20,000 nt of DNA from an uncultured virus (IMG/VR IMGVR_UViG_3300027360_000001). Lineage: Duplodnaviria > Heunggongvirae > Uroviricota > Caudoviricetes. Below the pieces are notes generated by a model. It was given only the letters and a program-made list of their open reading frames with translations. It had not been told where the DNA came from and searched no databases. Below are positions 7,928-14,606 of this stretch, piece after piece. The stretch lies in IMG/VR virus record IMGVR_UViG_3300027360_000001; one strand, given 5' to 3'. Both the position numbers and the translations under genes were made by a program. The stretch's first letter is position 1. Every line of letters begins with the position of its first letter.

Positions 7928-8536
7928 CTACCGCACGTATTTCGTCATGAACTCGTGGAAGTCAGCGACCTGCAGCACGCGAACACCTCGGCTGACATCG
8001 CCTAACTCATACGGTTTGGGAGCGACTAACAACACGTATGGAAACACAGGCTTATCCTTGCGTTGCCATTCGAGAGCCTTCCACGAGCCACCTACGTAAT
8101 ATTCCTCGTAGTCCTCGATTTTCCTCCGCACTTGCTTTGCCGTCCAGTTGCCGCGCACTTGCACCTCGACGAAGAACGGAGTGCCCCGCCATATCATGAA
8201 CGCGTCGGGTATCACGCCGTCAGCCACCTTACGCTCGATCTCGAATACATCGGGCTCTATATACGAACACACATCGAGGTAAAAGTCGGCGATGGCCGCA
8301 TGGTGCGGGAGCTTCGCGCTGTCTCGCTTCATCTTCGACCCCGAAGGGTAATATCGATATGGCCGCGCCTTCGTATCGACATCCACGCGCCCCTGCAGTT
8401 TCAGCCGATTCATGACCGTATTGCACCCCGATATAGGACTCCGATGCTGACGGAAGAACATGCGCACCAGCTGGTCGCGGTCCAGCACACGAAACTTTTC
8501 GATTGCACCAATTATCTCCTTGTCACGTTGTTTCAC
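7928..8536 (-). CDS. Replication-relaxation family protein (N-terminal wHTH + PD-(D/E)XK nuclease-like domain)
   Basis: wHTH-like start MKQRDKEIIGAIEKFRVLDRDQL, HHAAIADFY, IPDAF...FFVEVQ and KIEDY. GTGA overlap with the FtsK stop. Confidence 0.85.
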   Translation of the reverse strand: MKQRDKEIIGAIEKFRVLDRDQLVRMFFRQHRSPISGCNTVMNRLKLQGRVDVDTKARPYRYYPSGSKMKRDSAKLPHHAAIADFYLDVCSYIEPDVFEIERKVADGVIPDAFMIWRGTPFFVEVQVRGNWTAKQVRRKIEDYEEYYVGGSWKALEWQRKDKPVFPYVLLVAPKPYELGDVSRGVRVLQVADFHEFMTKYVR

Positions 8537-9744
8537 TTTCGTTTCCCTCCGTTTTTGTCGAGTGTATCGAGCAGTCCTAATTCAATCGGTTGCTGTTCGG
8601 GCTCCATTTCGACTACATTAGTCGGTACAATATCGATAGGCTTCGCGGTCTTAAACGGTTCGAGCAACTCCTCCGCTGGGTCCTTCTCGAGTTCGGGCGC
8701 TTGGATCTGCGTATACTTGTTGCCGACGCTCGCCCACATGAGGCCGCCTTGCGTTATTTTCGAGGCGTCTACATCCGTCGAACTCAAGATAATATTCGAG
8801 TCGATTTTCGAATTTACACGAAACGCCATGCGAATATTTAGGTTCGTTTTAATATCGCCATCCACTGCGTCAGCATCTGGCCTTTGAAGGCTGAGCACCA
8901 TAAACACGCCAAGCGCACGGCCGAGCAGCGCAATGTCCGTTATAATGTTTTGTAGTTTTTTATCCTTACGTAGAACGCCGAATTCATCGATGAACAACAC
9001 GATATACGGCACGCGGCACTCTTTCGGCAACTGGTCGATGTTAAATACTTCGTGTGCCTCGAGTAAGTCAGATCGTCGCTCACATTCCGCCCATAACGTC
9101 TTCACCATTACGACAAGCTCGTTGCGCCGTGTTACATAACCTTTTACGCATTCACAGCGACGGAATAAATGAAATTCAGACCGCTTCATATCTGCAAGGT
9201 ATAATTCGATATTCTTCTTCGAGGTGATTAACGTCGTAATTACGGAACGGAGCTGCGTCGACTTTCCGCTACCGCTCGATCCCCCGATAAGCACATGCGG
9301 CAGATTGTCGCCCATCATATCGACGACTACATAACGACATTTCTCGTCTTTCCCGAGCAGAATCGGTACTTTGCATTTCCGAATAATCGGCGATATTTCC
9401 TCGACATTGTACGCGTATTGAGGGAATCGCACAGGATCCGTATGGTATATCGTCAAAACGAAATTCTTGGCGTTGGACACTTCGCTGAGCTCGAATTTTT
9501 TCCCGTATAATTGCGATACTATATACGAATGCTTCTCAACATTCGCTGGATTTACGCCCGTTGGTAGCGAAAAAACGTAGACGTCTCGCTCCTCGCTATA
9601 ATCGGTGTTCACTACCACGGGAAACTGCTCGCCCTTGCTGCCGCGAAACACGACTTCCTTCGTGAGATTCATTAAACGGAAGGCCTCTCGTAGCTTACGG
9701 AGTTTCTTCGCGTTCTCGCGGCGCTGTTTTAATGCTTCGAACAT
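8533..9744 (-). CDS. FtsK/SpoIIIE-family ATPase with no TM segment and no obvious gamma domain
   Basis: PHVLIGGSSGSGKS (Walker A), LADMKRSEF, VLFIDEF (Walker B), GRALGV, LQRP; RBS AAGGAGG. Confidence 0.92.
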   Translation of the reverse strand: MFEALKQRRENAKKLRKLREAFRLMNLTKEVVFRGSKGEQFPVVVNTDYSEERDVYVFSLPTGVNPANVEKHSYIVSQLYGKKFELSEVSNAKNFVLTIYHTDPVRFPQYAYNVEEISPIIRKCKVPILLGKDEKCRYVVVDMMGDNLPHVLIGGSSGSGKSTQLRSVITTLITSKKNIELYLADMKRSEFHLFRRCECVKGYVTRRNELVVMVKTLWAECERRSDLLEAHEVFNIDQLPKECRVPYIVLFIDEFGVLRKDKKLQNIITDIALLGRALGVFMVLSLQRPDADAVDGDIKTNLNIRMAFRVNSKIDSNIILSSTDVDASKITQGGLMWASVGNKYTQIQAPELEKDPAEELLEPFKTAKPIDIVPTNVVEMEPEQQPIELGLLDTLDKNGGKRK

Positions 9745-9756
9745 GTCATCGCCTCC

Positions 9757-10128
9757 TTATAATCCGATACACTCGATAATGAACGAGAGACAATCCAAAA
9801 CGCTGATTTCCGCCGCAAACTTGATGAAATCCACGCTATCATCGATAATCAATCGGAATATGTTCGACGGATCTTCCTGGGCGCACTGTCCCCAGCTTTT
9901 AATTATGTCAGCGAATTGGTACGTTTTTCCGCTCGCGAATTTATATACGGCGTCGGTGACCTCCGTCTTGCTCATTAGCGTGTATATTGTCCCGTCCATA
10001 TGACACACGATATCATCTCCGCAGACCTTCCGTACTTTCTCGAACGTGTCTAATTTATTTTCGACTTGTCGCCAACCGCTTTCGGGGTCGAATCGAAATA
10101 ATAACGATGACATTTTTGGTTCGCACAT
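9757..10128 (-). CDS. Hypothetical protein (123 aa) inside the FtsK operon
   Basis: RBS GGAGG; tightly spaced between the 2-TM gene and FtsK. Confidence 0.7.
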   Translation of the reverse strand: MCEPKMSSLLFRFDPESGWRQVENKLDTFEKVRKVCGDDIVCHMDGTIYTLMSKTEVTDAVYKFASGKTYQFADIIKSWGQCAQEDPSNIFRLIIDDSVDFIKFAAEISVLDCLSFIIECIGL

Positions 10129-10146
10129 AATACCGCCTCCACTTCG

Positions 10147-10458
10147 TTATAGGAAATACGCAATGCTTCGGATTGTCAGGCGAATGAGATAAAACGCAAA
10201 TGTACCGAACAGCATCGCCTTCGTACCGTAATGTACCAGGCGGGCAGATTCGATGTGGCCGTTCGCAACGAGCTTTTGCTCTGCGATGACAGCGCCTATT
10301 AATGCGATTGCAATAGTGAGTAATGTGAACGTGAGGTCGAACGAGAATGAGCCGAGGTAAGCGTAGTTAAGTGTGATCGGGGAAACCTTCGTTTTGTAAA
10401 CGCTGGCAGCGCGCCAATCATTGCGGATGAACGAGCGGAAATCGATAACTTCCGTCAT
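10147..10458 (-). CDS. Two-TM membrane protein, first gene of the FtsK operon (103 aa)
   Basis: Start reassigned to ATG 10458 (MTEVIDFRSFIR) because GGAGG precedes it. Hydrophobic segments LTFTLLTIAIALIGAVIA and AMLFGTFAFYLI. Confidence 0.75.
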   Translation of the reverse strand: MTEVIDFRSFIRNDWRAASVYKTKVSPITLNYAYLGSFSFDLTFTLLTIAIALIGAVIAEQKLVANGHIESARLVHYGTKAMLFGTFAFYLIRLTIRSIAYFL

Positions 10459-10564
10459 GTGTATCGCCTCCATTACTTTGTTAATAACACGATACGCATT
10501 AACGAAGTATTTCGTGCCTGTTTGTGGATAAATTTCTCGGATTTTTTTCGTGTAGAGGCGTAAA

Positions 10565-10662
10565 CACAAAGAAAAGCACCCCGCTTCATGGTACGGGATG
10601 CTCATCGAGAGGTTAATATTTAGAGGTGTTGCAGGACCTCGCTGACGACAAGGGTACTACAA
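10565..10662 (-). ncRNA. Candidate small RNA or attenuated leader of about 95 nt
   Basis: Bounded by the SigA-like promoter at 10668-10696 and the terminator. Internal hairpin GAGGT-CCTGCAAC-ACCTC; no ORF with an RBS. Confidence 0.45.
10567..10603 (-). terminator. Intrinsic terminator
   Basis: AGCATCCCG-loop-CGGGGTGCT followed by TTTCTTT. Confidence 0.7.
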
Positions 10663-10667
10663 TCCTT

Positions 10668-10696
10668 ATTTTACCGTATGTGGATAACGTTGTAAA
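10668..10696 (-). promoter_or_regulatory. SigA-type promoter with a DnaA box in its spacer
   Basis: TTTACA-acgTTATCCACAtacgg (17 nt)-TAAAAT. Confidence 0.6.
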
Positions 10697-10849
10697 TACG
10701 TTTGTAAAAAATTACCGTTGAAAAATTTCTGTGGATAATGTATAAGGCGTGAGCAAACGGGGCACCTTTGTCGTTCGTTCCCCACCTCCGTCGCTCCACT
10801 CTCTTAAACGTTTCGATAAATCCGATAACGGCGGGGCTCAGGGCGTAAA

Positions 10850-10935
10850 TACCTCGTTATCAGATACTTTGGTAAATACATCGTTATATAATTCGTTAGT
10901 TAGCGGGGAATTACGTCGGTAGATACTTTGGTAGA
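10850..10935 (+). repeat. Tandem array of degenerate ~12-bp repeats (about TACnTYGKTArA)
   Basis: tacctcgttatc 10850, tactttggtaaa 10865, tacatcgttata 10877, taattcgttagt 10889, tacgtcggtaga 10912, tactttggtaga 10924. An inverted copy, tctaccgaagta, lies at 10982-10993. Confidence 0.65.
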
Positions 10936-10952
10936 TGTTGGAATCGGACAGC

Positions 10953-11015
10953 AAATAAAAACAACGTAGAGACGGGCGGCATCTACCGAAGTAATAGACG
11001 TGCCTTCTACGTTGT
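10953..11015 (-). terminator. Long hairpin with a U-tract (terminator- or attenuator-like)
   Basis: Perfect 10-bp stem ACAACGTAGA/TCTACGTTGT, inner GGCA/TGCC stem and apical C-UUCG-G on the minus strand, followed by TTTTATTT. Confidence 0.6.
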
Positions 11016-11262
11016 CTAAAACGGCGTCTAGCGGATTGCAGGGCGCCTACCCACACATTTGTACCCGCCTGACCTCCGCACGCTCCACAAGGATTTCTAC
11101 ACGTTCTGACGACACTTATTCAGTAACCGTTTATAGTAACGATAAGAAAACGTAGTGCCCTCGCGGAAAAAACGTGCTCACCGAGTATAGTTACTACGTA
11201 CGATAACCATACGTATTTATATAGTAACCATATTCAGCGACTTTACTCGTCGTATTTTTCGC

Positions 11263-11850
11263 TCACACTGTCGCAACGGGCGACGTCTGCCGCTCGCCTT
11301 GTGCCCGGAGTGCCTCGATGTACATATCGGCGACATCACTGCCCGTTACGAGCTCAACGTTGAGGCCTTGCGCATACTTGCGAGCTGCATCGGTATAGCC
11401 TGCGGTCGATAAGACGTAGCCTCCGATCGCACCGTGTTTCACCATGTTCGAATGTACTTTCGCGATGGCATCGAAAGGTAAATCGTCCTTATAACATTTA
11501 ACCTGGATAAAGTAAACGCCGTCTTCGCGCTTGTGTACCACGTCAATGCCATAATCACCGCTCCCTTGCGTTACCTCCGCCTTGCCTCCGTACTTGCGCT
11601 CGAATAGCCAAGCGATAAATGCTTCGAACGCCCACGGATCCTCGCGAATAAACTCATCGCTATATTTCTCGCCTTCCTGGGCGGATTTGAAGCGAAGGTA
11701 TAGGCCCATCGCCAGTGTACGCTTGAACGTATCGTTTGCATTGCGGAGGAATACGAGACTGTCTAGCGCCGAGATATGGCGACGCTCCGAGCGCATATAT
11801 AGGAACGCGAATGCCGACGCGAGCACCGCGAGAATAGTCGATAATACCAT
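11263..11850 (-). CDS. Membrane-anchored Mrr-like (Mrr_cat) restriction endonuclease domain protein
   Basis: DPWAFEAFIAWLF, GSGDYGIDV, IQVKCY and STAGYTDAARKYA motifs; N-terminal hydrophobic helix. Start reassigned to ATG 11850 after RBS AAAGGGTG; the track uses 11892. Confidence 0.85.
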   Translation of the reverse strand: MVLSTILAVLASAFAFLYMRSERRHISALDSLVFLRNANDTFKRTLAMGLYLRFKSAQEGEKYSDEFIREDPWAFEAFIAWLFERKYGGKAEVTQGSGDYGIDVVHKREDGVYFIQVKCYKDDLPFDAIAKVHSNMVKHGAIGGYVLSTAGYTDAARKYAQGLNVELVTGSDVADMYIEALRAQGERQTSPVATV

Positions 11851-11919
11851 CGAGAACACCCTTTCGTCGTTGTATGTAAATAGTGTCGACAAATATTCGT
11901 GATTGTATACCGAAAGATA

Positions 11920-11948
11920 TTCAAAAATTCGTGAAATGGTAATATAAT
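11920..11948 (+). promoter_or_regulatory. SigA-type promoter of the plus-strand moron
   Basis: TTCAAA-N17-TATAAT. Confidence 0.6.
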
Positions 11949-11975
11949 GAAATTATGACGAAAGGGGAGATTCGA

Positions 11976-12410
11976 ATGGATAAGAAGAAAAAGCCGATAT
12001 ATAAGCGTTGGTGGGCGTGGGTCATAGCGTTTATTGTTGTCGTAGCGATTGCGGGCGGAAATAGCGGCGGTACGAAAACAGAGCAAGCGAGTACGGAAGT
12101 CAAAGGCGATGCAGCAGCGGCGACAAAGCAATCCGAAGCACCGAAGCCGAGCAAGCCGGCGAAGATTACGCTAGCCGATTACGAAACTATCACGACGGGC
12201 GATTCGTTAACTGGTGAAGGCGGAATGACTTACGAAGAGGTTGTCGCAAAGTTCGGCGAGCCTTCGAGCAAAACCGAGTCGCAGTCGGGCGACATGAAAA
12301 TGATAATCGCGTCGTGGATGAAGAATATAAACGGAGGCTTTGGCGCAAACTTTAATATCACGTTTATTAACGGGAAAGCCTCCGCTAAGTCACAAACGAG
12401 TATGGAATAA
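11976..12410 (+). CDS. Membrane-anchored extracytoplasmic protein (DUF3862/BLIP-like fold); moron
   Basis: KKPIYKRWWAWVIAFIVVVAIA anchor, low-complexity linker and GMTYEEVVAKFGEP motif; ATG 11976 after AAGGGGAG; has its own promoter and terminator. Confidence 0.8.
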   Translation: MDKKKKPIYKRWWAWVIAFIVVVAIAGGNSGGTKTEQASTEVKGDAAAATKQSEAPKPSKPAKITLADYETITTGDSLTGEGGMTYEEVVAKFGEPSSKTESQSGDMKMIIASWMKNINGGFGANFNITFINGKASAKSQTSME

Positions 12411-12412
12411 CG

Positions 12413-12457
12413 AAAAAGAAGCGCCGATCCCCTGCGAAGGAGCCGGCGTTTTTATTT
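12413..12457. terminator. Bidirectional terminator between convergent genes
   Basis: AAAAAGAAGCGCCG...CGGCGTTTTTATTT. Confidence 0.75.
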
Positions 12458-12486
12458 GTGTTAGATTGTCATATTCTGTTGTATTA

Positions 12487-14334
12487 TCAACCTGTTGCTT
12501 TTTGAACCCATGTGTAAGTATCTGCTGCTGTCTTCATGCAGATATATTCCTTGTCAGCGACGCCAGTTCCACCTTGTAAGATAATGGTACGACTTCTATC
12601 AAAAGAAGTAGCTGACGGCAATGAAGTGTAATAATATTCGCCAATGTTCTTTTCGCGAATCAACTTTGTTAAAGTTGTATTTTCACTCACAAGAACAGCG
12701 GCAGAAGAACCTACACTCATATCACAAATGTTATTACTGATATTAAGTACATCATAGTTTGATTTAACTCGTATACCGTTACTTGCATTAGAGGAAACAG
12801 CGGTTACGTTATTGTTTAATACGGCAACGTTTTTCCATGTTTTGCTCGTTTCTGTATCAAGTAAAACTCCACAACCCCAAGCACTTGAACCGTAATTCAC
12901 GATATTTCTTTGTATAGTGGAATTCTCAATACCTACGATGGTTATTCCTTGTGCTGATGCGCTAATTGTATTGCCTGATATGTTTGAAGCACTTAATTTC
13001 TTTGTGTAAATCCCATTTGCGACATTGTTAAAAATATTATCGGAAATAACAAGGTTTGTGATGGGATTTGCTACTTCATCCGCTTTAATCCCGTAATCAC
13101 AGCCGACAACTAAGTTACCGCTTATAGTGATGTTTTTATCAGCTATTTCCATTAATTTAATACCGAAAATAGATGTTGCATTTGCTCGTTTGTCTGCTGC
13201 AAATACTTTATTATTTACAATTTTCCAGTTACGACCTCTTGCCCATAAACCACCAGTATTCCCGTAACTTTTACCAACGTCATAAATGATATTGCCAATC
13301 ATCTCCACTTTGTCAGCAGAACCATGCACATCAAGTCCCATCAACTGCGGATCATATACATAGTTGTTATTAATGAAAAGGCTGTCGCTTCGATGGGTGT
13401 TATCCCCTCCTGCGACGCCATGTTTGCATTTAATCATCGTGTTGCTTTCAACCTTGATATTATGACCGGAGATGTAGATTCCATATCCTAAAATCTGAGT
13501 ATCATCAAGGAACTCTTCACAGTAGTTACGAGCTGCGTAACCATTGAAACAACTATGAAGCCAGATTCCCATATAACACTGACCGCCACCGTATAACTTA
13601 CAATCAGTTACAGTAACATTCATGCAATATTTAATCCATATTCCAATTTCTTTACTGTCGTATTTTAATTGAAAGTCTAAGCCTTTGATTGTGATGTTTT
13701 TAATGGCTCTAATTACATTTACTTTCACATTATCTGTCGTGATAGATAAACTGTTTTCGATTCCACTGTCCAATGTTAATTGATTTCCGTTTATAGCCTT
13801 AACATATCGAATAGAGCCTAAAAAGTAGTTTGAAGAACCTGAGTTTCCTTCGTACTTACTCGTGGTGACAAGTATGAAGTCTCCAACTTGTATATTAGAT
13901 ACATCAGAAAAAGAAATTGTGTAGTCTCCTTTAGTAATATCTGCTGTTGGGACAATGTTACTTCTCACTACTGTAGGATTTGCGAAAATCATTGTGGAAG
14001 CGGCTAAATCAGCAGTTACAGGGAGATTGGAAACTAATGTAGCTTGATCCCCTGATAAAGTTACATTGCTAACATTTAATGTAATCTGATCAACTAAGTA
14101 ACGCCCTTTTGGGAAAAATACAGTTCCTCCCCCTAATCCAGCAACATAGTTTATTGCATTTTGAATAGCTAGTGTATCGTTTGTAGTTCCGTCACCTTTG
14201 GCCCCGAAATCTTTAATGTTAATAATTAATTCACTAACGCTTTTAGTTAATGAACGTGCTGACGTTCCTAATTCCGTCAGATTCCCGATCTTGTCGGAAA
14301 GCTCCGATGGTTTATTCCATTGTTTCCCGATCAT
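12487..14334 (-). CDS. Right-handed beta-helix (pectate lyase-like) protein; putative depolymerase or spike
   Basis: INIKDFGAKGDGTTNDTLAIQNAI...GGGTVFFPKGRY and many I-x-x-N beta-helix rungs; AT-rich body. Confidence 0.85.
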   Translation of the reverse strand: MIGKQWNKPSELSDKIGNLTELGTSARSLTKSVSELIINIKDFGAKGDGTTNDTLAIQNAINYVAGLGGGTVFFPKGRYLVDQITLNVSNVTLSGDQATLVSNLPVTADLAASTMIFANPTVVRSNIVPTADITKGDYTISFSDVSNIQVGDFILVTTSKYEGNSGSSNYFLGSIRYVKAINGNQLTLDSGIENSLSITTDNVKVNVIRAIKNITIKGLDFQLKYDSKEIGIWIKYCMNVTVTDCKLYGGGQCYMGIWLHSCFNGYAARNYCEEFLDDTQILGYGIYISGHNIKVESNTMIKCKHGVAGGDNTHRSDSLFINNNYVYDPQLMGLDVHGSADKVEMIGNIIYDVGKSYGNTGGLWARGRNWKIVNNKVFAADKRANATSIFGIKLMEIADKNITISGNLVVGCDYGIKADEVANPITNLVISDNIFNNVANGIYTKKLSASNISGNTISASAQGITIVGIENSTIQRNIVNYGSSAWGCGVLLDTETSKTWKNVAVLNNNVTAVSSNASNGIRVKSNYDVLNISNNICDMSVGSSAAVLVSENTTLTKLIREKNIGEYYYTSLPSATSFDRSRTIILQGGTGVADKEYICMKTAADTYTWVQKATG

Positions 14335-14335
14335 A

Positions 14336-14578
14336 CTATCGAGCCTCCCTCACGTACCCTCTAAACGCTCCTGTCGCCGTAATCATAACGCTGCTAAACG
14401 GGTCGATACGCTCATCGAAATACTCGCCCGGCTTCAGCGTGAACGTAAAAAACTTCGTGGCGAACGTTACGTCCGCCGCGCCATCGTTGATAATAAAGAG
14501 CTCCTCACGTTCCCCATTAAACGTTACTGTTGCGTTGGCGCTACCGCTGAACGGCTCGCGTGCTATCGTGTCCTTCAT
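14336..14578 (-). CDS. Small all-beta protein (80 aa), hypothetical
   Basis: RBS GAGGGGG; ends 1 nt before the beta-helix gene, whose RBS lies in its 3' end. Confidence 0.75.
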   Translation of the reverse strand: MKDTIAREPFSGSANATVTFNGEREELFIINDGAADVTFATKFFTFTLKPGEYFDERIDPFSSVMITATGAFRGYVREAR

Positions 14579-14606
14579 TCGAATTCCCCCTCGTTTCTAC
14601 TTCGTA

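Larger units (their letters stand above)
10523..10738 (-). promoter_or_regulatory. Three perfect co-oriented DnaA boxes (TTATCCACA)
   Basis: TGTGGATAA on the plus strand at 10523-10531, 10679-10687 and 10730-10738. Confidence 0.8.

Noticed and set aside
10459..10605. N-terminal extension of the 2-TM protein given in the ORF track
   Set aside because: It starts inside a terminator hairpin with no RBS; ATG 10458 has a proper GGAGG.
10608..10642. Resemblance of GAGGTCCTGCAACACCTCTAAATATTAAC to a preQ1-I riboswitch
   Set aside because: It lacks the A-rich tail and the loop-tail pseudoknot complementarity, and no queuosine-related gene follows.
10850..10935. Possible CRISPR or mini-array
   Set aside because: The units are ~12 bp, degenerate and abutting, with no unique spacers, and no cas genes are present.
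10838..11056. 72-aa minus-strand ORF in the intergenic region
   Set aside because: The RBS is poorly spaced, the ORF runs through a terminator-like hairpin and the repeat array, and the sequence is not protein-like.
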